From NCBI GenBank assembly GCA_002104945.1, contig MCFH01000014.1:372001-436000 (forward strand): a stretch of DNA of 64,000 bases. The letters run 5' to 3'. Positions 14,719 to 36,400 of this stretch are shown piece by piece (the stretch's first letter is position 1; each line of letters begins with the position of its first letter). Position numbers and translations under genes: made by a program. The notes beneath the pieces were generated by a model, which worked only from the letters and a program-made list of their open reading frames with translations, was not told the origin of the DNA and ran no database searches. This DNA comes from Piromyces finnis finn (taxonomy: Eukaryota; Fungi; Neocallimastigomycota).

Positions 14719-15450
14719 ATTAGACAATAGGAAACTTTTAATATATCCATAAATAATCCAATATAAAAATATACAATATCAATTCATGATAAATTAATAT
14801 AAATTACAATTTCTTTTTATAAAAAAAAAAGAAAAGAAAAAACAAAAAAAGAAACGTTTAAAACTAAAAAATAATATTAAAAAAATCATAAAATTTCAAA
14901 AATAAAATATATATATATATACAATTTTATATAAAAACAAAAACTGGATATTACGCTTTTTTAAATTATAATTTTTATTAAATTTAAGAAATTTATAATA
15001 AAAAATAAAATAACAATAACAATAACAATAATAATAATAAAATAAACAAAATCGAGATAATATAAATTTGGTAGTCTTTTAATTTTATAGTTTATATTTA
15101 TATATGATGATGAAAGAACTAGTTTGTTATTTACTTATGGAAGATTTTAATGGAAAATGTATATAAAATAGTTTAATAGATTTAAAAATATGTTATGTGT
15201 ACATAATTTCAATCATTCGTTATAAAAGGGAAAAAAAGTGAAAAAGGGATATTTGGGATAATAATAAAAAAAAATGTACGCAAGAGTTAAAATAAAAAAC
15301 AATTTTATTTTGTTTTAGTTGTAATGTTTTATTTTTTTTTTTTTTTTAACATATAGGTATAGATAGTTAGATTTGAAGTTGTGAAGGAAACATAGGATGA
15401 AAATTAAAATATGAAATACAGAATGAAAATATTTAAGTTTTTTTTTAAAT

Positions 15451-15593
15451 AATGAATGAATGAATGAATAAATCAATAAATAAATAAATAAATCAATAAA
15501 TAAATAAATAAATAAATAAATCAATAAATAAATAAATAAATAAATAAATCAATCAATCAATCAATCAATAAATAAATAAATAAATAAATAAAT
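15451..15593. repeat. Compound tetranucleotide repeat (AATG/AATA/AATC)n
   Basis: Visible array; explains the spurious ORF 15315..15524. Confidence 0.9.
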
Positions 15594-15922
15594 AATATAT
15601 ATTAAATAAAAATTTATTAATTTTTAAACTTTAAAACTATTTATTTTTTTAATTTAATTAAAAAAAAATAGTTTTATTAGAACATTTTACAAATACACAT
15701 ATATATATTTTATTTTTATTATGTATCATTAATATGAATTAATATAAAATTACTATAGGAGTAGATAGAAAGATAATTTAATGATGCTATATTTTAAAAA
15801 TATAAATAAAAGCAATAATTAATTTATCTCTTATTATAATATTATTAATTTATAATAATGTTATTAAATAATTGAAATATTTAAAAGGAAAGAGATAGTA
15901 TATACATTAATATTTATGAAAA

Positions 15923-22504
<6,582 letters not shown>

Positions 22505-22727
22505 ATATTTTTGTATTATTAAAAATTGTATTCTTTATTATTATTTATTTAAACTATCATCATTAAATATTAAGTTACTAGTGATAATTTTTTTGTATAA
22601 TATGTAATTAGACGCTAATTATAAATAAAGATAAATGAAATTAGGAAAACAAAAAAATTTTTTGAGTTTAATTATCAGACTATTAAAAATAAGTTTATAA
22701 ATAAATGAACATCATTAATTAATTAAT

Positions 22728-22730
22728 TAA

Positions 22731-22781
<51 letters not shown>

Positions 22782-22784
22782 ATA
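22728..22784. repeat. (TAAA)n repeat
   Basis: Visible array between the convergent gene ends. Confidence 0.85.
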
Positions 22785-22945
22785 GATAACTATATTATAT
22801 AAAATAAAAATAAAATGAAATAAATAATAATAATATTGAAAAATAACATAGTTATGAGGTATTATTTAATATAAATATTTATATGTTTAATTTTTTTATA
22901 ACCTTATTATTATATTATTAAAACTATCTTCTAATTGAGAGAAAA

Positions 22946-25900
22946 TTATTCTTTATATTTAAATTTTTCATAAAGAAAGTTACGAAGGGCTGAAGTTTCT
23001 AGTCGATTCTCTTCAATTTTTTGATTTTCTTTTTCCTTTTTATTTTGACTGGAAGATGAAAGTGTTTTTCGTTTAATATTTTTCTTTTTATTAATTTTTG
23101 GTGCAACATAAGCCTCTATTTTTTTTTTTTTATTTTATTAACGTTAGTTAAACGGTTTAAAGATTTAAGTTTATAATAAAATTTATCTATCTATATATAA
23201 AATAAAATATAATATTTACTTGACGCTTTAACTGAGCTATTAAGATTATATGAAGGCAAGGAACTCATAAGAGACTATTATAATTAAATTATTATTATAA
23301 AAATAAATGATATACTCTTGCAATAATCATATTTATACTTTGGTATTTTTTTTTTTTTTTTTTTGACCTACCTGTGTTAATATTTGATTTGCTGATTTAT
23401 TTTTAATTTCAATATTTTTATTATAGGCAAACTTTTCTCTTAATATTAAATTAATATTTTTATTAGATTGATTATTATTTACTTTCTCAGAATGGGAAGT
23501 ATTTTGCTTATTTTCTTCTGAAAAACTTTCTTTTTTCATAACGTTTCTATTTTGTGAATTAGCGTTAATGTTTGTTAAATCTTCACGTTTACGCTTAAGA
23601 CTATTAGTGTTGAAACTATTAAGCATTTGACTAATATTGATTGTTGATGTACAACAATTATTAGTATGATTTGAATCATCACTATTGGTATCATCATTAT
23701 TTGAAGAATGATTTTGGGTTGTGGATGATTGGGTATTTGCTATTTTATTTTCACTATCTGCTTTTTTTGGATATACTTCGAAAACTTCTGGTAATATATC
23801 ATCTTCATTGTCTGATTTTGAGAATGTATCAAAAATATTAAGAAAAGATGAATTACTAGAAAAACTACCACCTTTATCATCGTCATAAAGGTAAGATATT
23901 GAATGTGAATGAATTTGGTTAGAATTATTAGAGGAATTTGATTTTTTATCTTCACTTTCATTTTCAATATTACTATTTTTATTATTACTACTATTATTGT
24001 TATTATCATTATTGATATTGTTTTTTTGACCAATGCACACTTGAACATTAGATTCTTCGTTGTTTTCATTTGATTTATTGTTACTTTCATTTTCACTATC
24101 ACTTATGTAAACAGGTTCTGGCTCATCTACAATCATTTTATTATTCTCATTATTCATTGATTCTATATTATCAACTTCTTGATCACTAAATTTCCTAGAA
24201 AAGTATGGACTTATATCTGAAACAGAAGCTGATTTCTTTAATAAAATATTATTTCTATTAAATAAAGATTTTAATTTACTTTTAGTGTCGTTTTTAATGT
24301 TTTGATTTAAATTTGATGACGCTCTTTCATTATTTTGATTAATTATATTTTCAATAGTTTTATCTGCTATTGAATTATTAGAAAAACTTGATTCAGGTAC
24401 AATGCTTTGCATTAAACTATTATTAACTCTTTGAATATTTAAAGGGTTATTCTCTTCCGTATCACTGTCTTGAATGTCGTCTATAATTATTCCATTATCA
24501 AGTGTTTTCTTTTCTTCCATAATACTTGTTAAATTATTTTTCATACTTGATTCATTATTATTCACTATATTTTTTTGCTTTTCAACTACATCTGCATTAT
24601 TATTTGAAGAATCAAAAACTTTTTTTAATTCTATTATATTTTTTTGCTTTTCAACTACATCTGCATTATTATTTAAAGAATCAAACAAACTTTTCAAGTT
24701 CTTTTTTTGATAGTTCGTAATTAGTTCTTGTCTATTATTACATTTAACGACTGGATAAGAGGTATGTCTATTAAGTTTTGGTGTGGTTGAACAACTTTTT
24801 TGTTTATTTGATAAAAAGTAATTTGAAATACTATTATTTGGTATAGATTGACTTTTGCTTTTATTTTTATTATTTTTATTAGAAGTAGTTTTAATATTAT
24901 TTTCCTTACTTTTTTCTTTATTACTTAATGGATTACCAGTATCCATTGTAGTGTTTTTTGTTGTTGATCTATGCTTTGAAAAAGAGTTATTTTTTGAGAA
25001 AAAGTTTTCTATTATTTTTACCTTTACATTTGAATTGTCGTTTTTTATTGGTTTTACACTTTTACTATTTATATTTTGTGAACATACTTTTTGTTTTGGT
25101 GTATCGTTTTTTATATTATCATCGGAGATATTACCATCAATATTATTATTTATTATTGATGAATTTTTTTTATTATTTTTATTAATGTTATTATCATCAT
25201 TATTATCATTAGTGTCCATATTATTATCTCTATTATTATTATTATTATTATTATGCAATGAGGTATCATTTAAGCAATTACTCTTAATATTTTCATTTTG
25301 ATTTATATTACTATTATCATTTTCATTATCACTTGAATTGAGAATTTCATCAATAACTATTGATTCATTTAGATTGATATTGCTTATTTCATTACTATAA
25401 TTATTATTTATATTAATTTCAATATCACTTGAGTTTGCTATATCATCAACATTATCAATAATCGATATTTCTGTAATGTTATTTTTTACAACTTCTTGTA
25501 TATGATATGACTTAGGTTTCTCTGGTAAATTATTATTGTTATTTTCATTACTTTTCTGAAACAATCTAATTAAGGAACTATTGTTTTTTTTTTGATTTCC
25601 ATTATTTAATGCATTTGTTAAAAAGTCACTTTTATTATAGTTCATTGTTACTTTAAATTGACTTGGTCGAAATAATTTATTAGCTTTTAAAGGTTCATTT
25701 TTAATATCTTTATTATTTGATGATTCTTCTGAATTGAATTGGTTTAATAATTCTTTGTAATGCGGATCAACTAATTCATTTGAATTTGGTTCCTTTGTTA
25801 GTGGGTTTAAATCACCTTTTGCAACACCTTCTGCTATTTCTTTTTCTAATAATCTATATATTTGATATTAAAAAATTAAAAAATAATATATAGTATAATA

Positions 25901-26784
25901 ATTAAGTTATATTGATATTAAACATTAATTAAGGATAAGTTACAACAAAGAAAATTAATATAGAAATGAAAAAAAAAAACTCTTTGATATAAAAATTATT
26001 AAATTATAATTATTTAATATTTAATAAAGGATACGGTCCTATGTATTCCATATCTTCTATGTTTAATTCATCTGGTATTGGATTTAATGTTACTAATTCG
26101 TTTTTAATAGGATCAAAAACTCTTTGGTATAAAAATGTTTTATCAGCTTCTATAAATTGTTGTTCATAATCTGGTGGAACTTTTAAATCGTAACGTTGCT
26201 TAATTTCAAATAATATCTAATAGTTTTTTTTTTTTTTTAAAAACATTATATCGAATAGAAATCTTTTGTTAAAATTATTATTTTTATATATAAAAAAAGT
26301 ATATTTGAACTTACATTTTTAATATATCTTTTTTGTTTTACTAGATTGTATGCCTTTTTAATACCTATTTTTGGAATGTTAGGTAAATAGTCGCATCCTG
26401 ATAAAATACACATATGACGAAACATTTCATCATTCCAACCATTTAAATCTATTCCTCTACACATTTTAAATCTATCTCTACATATTTCTGAACCTGTTCC
26501 TTCTTTCGTCCATTTATATATAACCTAACAAAAATATAATTTATAATTTAATTATTAATTAAGATAATATAAAGTTTATTCATTTTTTTAATGAAAATAT
26601 TTACTCTTTTACATCCGAAAACTAATAAATCTGAATCCTCAGTGATGATTGCTTGAATTACTCCTATTTTTTCTAAATATGCTAATTGAGCATCAGCTTC
26701 ATAAGGAGCTACTACAAAATCTATTTTCATTTTTCTTAATTCCTGTCAAAGAAATTAAATGAATGATTATAAATAATATTTATA

Positions 26785-26821
<37 letters not shown>

Positions 26822-27581
26822 TGAATTGTAATATAATATATATAATTATGCAATTACTTTAATTAATTGATATGCCATATAAGGTGTAACATCAACACTT
26901 TTTCTAAAGCAATCATTTGCTTTACTTTTTTGGCCCAATTTTAAATATTCAAAACCTTTTTCTCTATTTTCATTTCTTAAACTAATTAAAATAATATACA
27001 TTTAAATATATCATTAATTTATTTAATAATGTACATTTAAGCATTAACTCTTTTAATAAAAATTTAATAATTTTCTAGATAATTAGCTATAAAAAAAAAG
27101 TTTTCTTTTACTCATTTCTATTTTTTTCAGTTCCTCCTTTTTTTGGTAATAAACCACCATCGAAAACTAAATATGGTTTTATATTAAAAAATTGTAGAAA
27201 TTTAATTTGATTTACACAGTAGTTTATATATCTGAAGGCGGGGAACAAATATATATAATTGTGAAATATATTGTTATTAATAAATATACATTAAAACATT
27301 AGATACTAAATATTTTATATCAATTAAAACAATATTTCTGATAAATACTTTGTTGTTCTCTTATTTTGAAAAATATCAAGTATACAGCTATATGAACCTA
27401 AATTTAAAAGGATATAAATGAAAATTGCTTAGCATAATTTCATAATAATTAAATTTTTATTTATTTTACCTTTATGTAACCACACATATGCATCAATTCC
27501 AACAGTTTGATTTCTTAAATCTTCAACTGTTATATTTCTTTCTGCACCATTCAAGACAGGCAATAATCCTTTAATTCCCAT
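22946..27581 (-). CDS. EXO1: Exonuclease 1 (XPG/Rad2 family), multi-exon, long disordered C-terminus
   Basis: [38 protein letters not shown]; [10 protein letters not shown]; [14 protein letters not shown]; [10 protein letters not shown]; [20 protein letters not shown]; last exon ends [13 protein letters not shown]. Confidence 0.94.
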
Positions 27582-28283
27582 AATACACCAGAAAATTCAC
27601 AATTATTAAGATTTGAAATTCCTCTATTAATTAATTATAATTTTATAATTATTTTAAATTTTTCATTCATATAAATGAAATTTCTTTGATATATGTTGTT
27701 TTAATTTATAGAATATAAATAAATATATTTCTGAATATAATGAATTATTGTTATCCAAATATTAAATTATATACTGAAATGTCTTGTTATTAAATTTAAA
27801 AATTATTATTTTTTATATTAAGTTAAAATTAGTGAAATTTGAAATGCAATTTAATAGAAATTTCGAGATAAATTTCTTTTAATTAATTTGATATTTCATT
27901 ATTTTATAGATTTTAAAATAAAATTCGTTATATATATATATTGTATATTATGGTTGTTGTTAATTATATTCTATACTACAAACTCTTTAACTTTTTATTT
28001 ATAAAATTGTTATAAATTGTATATTAAGTAAAAATGCTAATTTTTAAAAAGATATTAAATGTTAAACTGTTTTAATCATATTTTTTTTGAAAATTTTCAA
28101 TTTATTTTGAAAACATATATTATAATATATAATAATATATTAATATTCAAATAAAATTAATTGGTTATATATATTATGTGTATATATTTTTATAATAATT
28201 GTTGTCCATATTATTTCTATTTTCACCAAATATTCTTTAATTTTTAATTTATTTTTTTGTAAAAGCTTATTCTTATATTAAAT

Positions 28284-28289
28284 CACGTG
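28284..28289. promoter_or_regulatory. CACGTG E-box (candidate bHLH/Cbf1-type site) in the EXO1-CCT7 divergent region
   Basis: tcacgtg in an otherwise nearly GC-free stretch. Confidence 0.3.
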
Positions 28290-29778
28290 TAATCATGATC
28301 ATTTATGATATTACACATATATATTTACATAAATATTCTTTTTATACATATTCTAGTTACATTTGTTATTTGTGTAATACAACTTTTTTATACATTAATT
28401 TGTTTATTGGTGTTTTTTAAACCAATCACCATGTAATATTCTTTATTAACTGTTACAATAGTATTAAAAAATGTAGAAAATGTTTATATTAATAATGAGA
28501 TGAAAGAGTTACTTTGAATTGAAAAAACACAATATTAGCTGTATGCTTTTATTTATAAGTTTTAAGTTGTATGAAAATATATTTTTATGAATTGTTAAAT
28601 TTATCTGTTTTTTATTAATTATTAATAAAAGTATATAAATATCAAAAATGTCAAATCATAAATTAAATATAAAAGAATTAATTAAAATATTAAAATTATA
28701 GTATGGGCTACTAAATGTAAAGTTAATGTTTTATATAAGTAGTAAATTTTGAATTTTTCTAGGCTAAAATACTGTATGCTTTCTATTTTCTAGGCTAATG
28801 TTAGCTTACCTTTTTTTCTTTTGTAGTTATCAAAATAAAATTTTAAATTTAGTTTTATGGGCCAACAACTTTTAATTTAATCCAATTGAAATAATGATAA
28901 TTAAATTAATTTAATCTTAATATTCCTTATTTTTCTATTACATTTTATATATTTTTTAATATATTAAATTATATTGTAATTTATATATTATATAATATAA
29001 TTAACAAAAATAATATTCATTTTTTTTATATATTATTTTTTTTTCTAAGAAAAAATTCTTTTCTTTTCCTTACCTAAATTTATATACTTTAATAGTATTG
29101 CTATTATAGAGGTTAATATAAGAAAGCATTAATTTTACTAATTTATTATGATTTAGTAAATTCATATGGTGAAAACAATTTGTATATTTTTTCTTTATAA
29201 AAGATACTGGAAATAATAATATTAAAAATATTTAGTAATAGGCTACATTAGTATAAGATGATATACCATTTCATTAAGATTAATAATACATTTAATATTT
29301 CAATTGAAATAAAATCACCTAAAAATTATGCTATTTTTTATTATTAATTATAAAGTAAAATAGAAATAATAGTTTTGCTATTAATAATAATTGTTCAAAG
29401 AAGAACCATTAAATTATTAAACTTTAACAATACTTTAATTATTATATGAATTATAATCAATTTATCATTTATATTTACTAATCTCTTTTTTTTTTATTTT
29501 TAATTTAATTCTCTTATTTCTTCTATTTACTTATATATATTCTATTTTTCCAAACTTCATATTTCAACTGAACCTTTATTCGGATACTTTTCAATTTATT
29601 GGAAATCAAATAATTATTAAATTTTAACATCCATAATTGTAGTTATAAATAATTCAACATGAATTCATTAATGGTAAATATTAAAATATTTTTTACAAGA
29701 TGGATTTTATAGTATAATTTCAATAATAAATAAATAAAATCAATTAAAACGAATTCAGTTAAATCAAGAGTATTAAAC

Positions 29779-32738
29779 ATGTTTCAACAAAGATGTATTT
29801 ATGTATTAAAAAAAAAAAAAAAGAAAATTAAAGATATATAATTAAAAGAAAAAAAGTTCAATATTGTAAAAAAAATAGTATTCAAAATATTGAAATGCTA
29901 AAGTCAATATAATATTATTATTTAGATTCGTTATTCTTTTTTTCTTTCTTTCTTTTTTTTTTTTTCAGATTACTTAAAAGAATAATATAATTAAATCAAT
30001 AAATAAATTATGAGTAAAGAATTATTAATTTTCTATTTGAAAACCATTAAAATGATAGTGAAAAAAATGGAAAATGTTTATAAAAATTATATATAAAGTC
30101 TTGTTACATATTAAATTATAGAGAAATGTACTGATCAAATACTTCATTCTAATTTCTTTTATAGCAACCACAAATTATTCTTTTAAGAGAAGGTACTGAC
30201 ACTTCTCAAGGTAAAGGTCAACTTTTATCTAACATCAATGCTTGTATCGCTATTGCTGATACCATCAGAACCACTCTTGGTCCAAGAGGAATGGATAAAC
30301 TTATTGTTGATTCCAGAGGTTTGTAATAAAATAATGAATGAATATAATAGAATTAAAAATTATAAATTCATGTTAGAATAAAACCAACTTAATACATTAT
30401 ATGCGAATTTACAAGATTAAATAATTTAAAAGTTATATTGATAAATTATTGATTGAAAATCAAAACTGTTTTTTTTTTAAATTTTAGGAAAGGTTACCAT
30501 TTCAAATGATGGTGCTACCATTTTAAAGTTATTAGATATTGTTCACCCAGCTGGTAAAGTTTTAGTTGATATTGCTAGATCTCAAGATGCTGAAGTAATT
30601 ATTGTTAAAGTTTTTTAAAAATTTATAAAAAGTTAATTAGATACATATTTTAACATGTATATAATATAATGAATTAAGGTTGGTGATGGTACCACTAGTG
30701 TTTCTTTATTTGCTGCTGAACTTTTAAAGGAAATTAAATCATACATTGAAGAAGGTGTTTCTCCACAAGTTATTATTAAGGGTTTCCGTAAGGCTTCTCA
30801 ATTAGTAAGTATATTTTAAATAAATATTTTTTATTATTTTAAAAAAAAAATAAATAAAAACAAGAATGTTTTATATTAAATATTTATTATATTAAAATTT
30901 AAAATAAAATAAAAAAGGCTATCAACAAGGTTAAGGAATTAGCTGTCCCAATTGAAAAGAGTAATCCAGATGAATTCCGTGAAATCTTAGAAAAGTGTGC
31001 TTCTACTGCTTTATCATCAAAGTTAGTTCACTCTCAAAAGGATTTCTTCAAGAAGATGGTTGTTGATGCTGTCTTAAGTTTAGATCAAGAAGAATTAAAC
31101 GAAAAAATGATTGGTATTAAAAAAATTCCAGGTGGTGCCATGCAAGTATGTATTATATATCATTATTATTATTTTTTAATTTATTTATTTATTAATGCTG
31201 TTTAATTGTATGTATTAATGTTAATTATTTTGTTTTTTTTTTTAAAAAAAAATATTTAAAAACTGAATATAATTCGAAATAAATAGGATTCTCTTCTTGT
31301 TGAAGGTGTTGCTTTTAAAAAGACTTTCTCATATGCTGGTTTTGAACAACAACCAAAGAGTTTCAAGAACCCAAAGATTTTATCATTAAATGTTGAATTA
31401 GAATTAAAGGCTGAAAGAGATAATGCTGAAGTTAGAGTAGAAAAAGTTAAGGTAAAATAAAATAAAAATATTATAATATATAATATATAATGGATAATTA
31501 AAATTTATTTATTAATAAAATAATTATTAAAATGACATATATTTACAAAATATTAAAAGGAATACCAAGCTATTGTCGATGCTGAATGGAAGATTATTTA
31601 TGATAAATTAGAAAAGATTGTTGCTACTGGTGCCAAGATTGTTCTTTCTCGTCTTCCAATTGGTGATTTAGCTACTCAATACTTCGCTGATCGTGATATT
31701 TTCTGTGCTGGTCGTGTATTAAATGAAGATTTAAGTCGTGTTATTAAGGCTGTTGGTGGTCAAGTTCAATCTTCTGTTAATGACATTAAGCCAGAACATT
31801 TAGGTTCTTGTGAATATTTCGAAGAACGTCAAATTGGTGGTGAACGTTTCAACATTTTCCAAGGTTGTCCAAACAGTAAGACTTGTACTTTAGTTCTTCG
31901 TGGTGGTGCCGAACAATTCATTGAAGAAGTTGAACGTAGTCTTCACGATGCTATTATGGTTGTTCGTAGAGCTATTAAGTCTAAGACCATTGTTGCTGGT
32001 GGTGGTGCTACTGAAGTATGTATAAATATATAAGTAGTAAAATTTATTAGTTAACATCGTTTTAATTATATATGTATATATATCTTCTATTATAATTTTA
32101 TTCTAAATAATTTTAGATGGAAGTTTCAAGATATTTACGTGAATACTCCAGAACCATTGAAGGAAAACAACAATTAATTATTGCTGCTTTTGCTAAGGCT
32201 TTAGAAGTTATTCCACGTCAAATTGCTGATAACGCCGGTTTTGATGCTACTGATATTCTTAACAAATTACGTCAAAAGCACGCTACTGGTAATTTTTTTT
32301 TATTAATATATAAATATTTTATTTTGTAATGAATTTGTTTAAAATATCAGCATAACTTATTCATTTTTTATATTTAAATTTTGTTTTATTCAATATTTTG
32401 AAACATTTGAAATACTTATTAATGAATTTTATAAATATAATATATATATGACAATAATTCAAAATATTTGAAACTCTCATAAAAATATAGATGGAAACCA
32501 ATGGTTTGGTGTTGATATTAACAGCGAATCAATCTCAAATAACTATGACAACTTTGTTTGGGAACCAGCTCTTGTTAAAATTAATATTCTCTCTGCTTCT
32601 ACTGAAGCTGCTAACCTTATCTTAAGTGTTGATGAAACTGTTAGAAACCCACAAAGTGAAAAACCAGACGCTGCTGCTAATGCTCGTGCTCGTGGTGCTA
32701 TGATGGCTGCTAGAGGAAGAGGTGTTACTAGACGTTAG
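29779..32738 (+). CDS. CCT7: Chaperonin CCT/TRiC subunit eta (multi-exon; first exon uncertain, clear coding from 30165)
   Basis: [46 protein letters not shown]; VGDGTTSV; [14 protein letters not shown]; ends ARGRGVTRR*. Confidence 0.95.
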
Positions 32739-33486
32739 ATGTTTTTATTTTAGCCATTATATTATATATTTATTATTTATATTTCCAAACATTATTTTTT
32801 CACCTTTTCATGTTATCTCCAATAAAATCAAGTAATATAAAAGGAAAAAACAAATTGAGGAAAGAAATAACAACAGAAAAAAAGATAACCTCTCTATAAA
32901 TAACAACGAAATACAATAAAATATTATAATAAACAGGAATCGAAAAAAACTTCCAAAAAAAAAAAAATTTAAAAAAAAAAAAGAACCAAGATTTTTTTAT
33001 TAATTCATAAGTTATATTTAATAATTCTATAATTTATATATATATAAAAGCAACCATTTTTTGAAATATTCTTATAGTCATAATAGCTTTTAAATAATTA
33101 TATATAAAAAATATTAAAAAAAAAAAACATTTTTTTTTTATCTATATTTATAAATAATAAATTAAAAGATAAATTTAAGCAAATAATTAAAAAATAAAAA
33201 AAAAAAAAAATCTAATAAAAAATTAATAAAAAAAAAAAAAAAATAATATAATATATTTTTTTCTTAAAATTTTTATTAACCGTTAAAAATATTTCTGTGT
33301 GTTTTGTTTCCATTTTTTTTTTTTTTTTTTTTTAGATTTTTTTATATAGTTATTTATTTTTATATACAGATATTCAAACTTTTTATATAGATATGTAATA
33401 TTATAATTATTATGTATAAAAAATTTATGATATTTATAAATTCATATATATATTTATATTTATTAAAATAAAAAAAAGAAATGATT

Positions 33487-36400
33487 TTATTTTAGTCTTA
33501 TTAATAACTCATTAAATATCCATCGTCCTTCTTTTCCACCGTTAGTATTAAAGTTTCCTTGAACTAAATCCTTATTAATTAAAAATTCTAATTTATTGAT
33601 AAAGAGAGAATGCTTCGATTTCCATAAACTATACAATTCATCAATAGTATCTTTATCAATACGTTTACCAAACACCATATGATAACAGAATTTTTCTATA
33701 ATATTGAATATGTTATTTAATAGATTTTGAATCGGTTCAGCTGCGGAAAGAAGGAAACAACGATAGAGAATACATTTAAGGTAGTCATGATGAAGAAGGT
33801 AAAGGCCTTCAAAATTATATTCGATTTTTAATCCATGATAATTATGGGTTTTAGGTGCTGTTGCAGATAATAAATCATTATTCAATATTTCATAACTAGT
33901 AGAATGTTGAAGATTAGCTTTTGAGGTCTTTTTATGTGAGGATCTAAGAGACGTTGTTGATCGAATAGATCTTGTTTTATGATTAGAAGAATTGGAGGAT
34001 TTGAAAGATGAATTTTTTTCTTTACTTTTTGTGGAATACAAACTATAATTATCATTACTTGATTTTCTTTCGCTGCTATCTTGCGCCATTTCATTCTCAA
34101 TCTCACTACTATTAGCATCATCGCTCTTACTATCACTATCACTATCATCGTCATCATCATCATCATCATCATCAGGTTGATGATATTGATTACAAAATTC
34201 TTCAATATCAAGTACACAATCCATAAATTGTTGCCATGTTTGTTTTATAGCAATTTCATGAATGTAGTATGAAAATTGTTTTACAAAGTTTATGACTTCC
34301 ATTCTAAATTTTATTATAAGAGGGTAATTTAATACTTGTTGTCTTCCTTTGCCTGACCTTTTGGATAAATGAAAAACATTATTGAGCTGATCAACACAAT
34401 TTTGAAGAGCTAATAATTTTAGTAGGAAGGCCATAATTCTATTATATTTTTTAAGAATGGATGAAGTAATTTGAATATTGAGAGGGTATTTGGGTGTATA
34501 ATTTAAACTAAGAAAATCAAATCTTGATAAATCTATAAAATATATATTAAAAAATTTGTTAATTATATTAAATTTATTAAAATATTATTAATTTTTTTTT
34601 TTTTCATAAAAGTTATATATATATATTCTCTTATTTATATACACTAATTCTTAATAAGATAAAAATCTGAATAATAATAATAAAAAAAAAAACTTACTAT
34701 CACTGGTAACTTTATTATTATTTGTGAATATAAAGTTTGCTGTTGAAGAAATCAAACTATTATCATTTAAATTGTTTACTATTAAATTAAAATTGAGTTT
34801 CAATGGATTATTGATTTTCAAAACATTAATACCGTTTCTTGAATCAAAAAGAATATCTTTTAATTGACATACATAATTACCATCATTCATTAGATAAAAG
34901 GATGATAGTAATTTCAATTGTTGAACAAATTCTAGATTGACCATAAAATAATTCATTACAGAAAAATCAATTATTTCATTTTGTTTATTAATAGCATGAA
35001 TTACAGTATGTTCAAATATAGATGAAAATGGAGCACTAATTTCATAGCTTTCATTTAATGAAAAATTTAATGAAGAATTCGAAGAATTGAGTGGTTGTTG
35101 TTTTTTTTGTTGCTGATCTTGGTGTAATTTTACTTGAAAACTATTTATTTGTTTAGCATTATTTAAATAATTATTCATAAGAATAATATTAGAAAAGTCA
35201 AAATTATCAAAGTTATATTTGAATAATTTTAATTCATTAGTATTGATGTTTTCATCAATAATCTTGGGTATAAATTTTAATAAGGAATCTTTTGCATTTT
35301 GTTTTGCTTTTTTAGTGATTTCTGAATCATTTAGAATATCTTCATTATTATAATTTTGTGCTGTTTCTTTAGTTCTTTTTTCAAATTTTTTAGAAAACTT
35401 ATCATCTGTAGTAGAATGATTTACTGATATTTGATCATTAAATAAATTTAGAGATTGATTTAAGGAATAACCCAAAGAGCTTTCTTCTGGTTCAGAGTAA
35501 TCTTCAATCATCGAAATTTCATCACCACTATCTGTTGTAAATATATTTAACTTGTGTAAATTTTGATAACTTTTTGTTTTTTCAAGTTTTGGTTTTAAAA
35601 TGCCACCACCACCACCACCACCAATACTATTATTTTCTTTTTTTAATTTTGAACTAGTAATACTATTATTACTATTATTACTAACATTAAATTGTAATTT
35701 TTTACTTGACGTTTCAATCCCTAATTTTTGACTATTAATATTAATGTTACTATCTTTTGAAAGAGTATCTTTGTTGACGGAATCATATTCAATGTAATTA
35801 CTTTTTAGAGTACCATCATTATTCACTTCACTTTGATTTGTAGGGATACTAAATGGTTGAGTATTTATATTATTTAAAAGATCATCGTTTGAAAAGATGG
35901 AAGATGTCATTAAATTACCAAAAATACCTGTAGATTTTTTAAATCCAAAATATAAATTAAATGGATTTTTAATTTCTGGTTGAGATGGTGGAGGTTGTGG
36001 TGATGATGACAATTGGAATGGGGAAAGTGATAATAATGGATTAAAAGTGGTATTACCATTACTTAAGTTATTAATGTGATTATTATTTATTGTTGGTTGA
36101 GTGGATTTATGATAATCTTTTAACTTAAATTCACCATGATCATCCAAGGCAATACTTATAGTATCTACATTATCATTAAGATATTCAGTATTCATTGATG
36201 ATGGATTATTATCAGATGAAATAATTATTTTAGCTTCCTTATCTTTTTTTATTTCCGTTGATTTAATTTTATCATTAACATTTTCATTATTTACAGATGT
36301 TGATGGATCATCTTTGTTATTATTTATTTTATGAACTGAATCTACACTATCATTATTTTCCCTTATTATTATTTCTGAATTTGTATTATTGGTATTTTTA

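Noticed and set aside
23740-25301. ORFs overlapping the EXO1 large exon
   Set aside because: Alternate-frame or antisense shadows of low-complexity coding sequence.
30040-30140. atgata...ctga in the CCT7 first intron as a C/D snoRNA
   Set aside because: Poor box C, no terminal stem and no recognisable rRNA guide.
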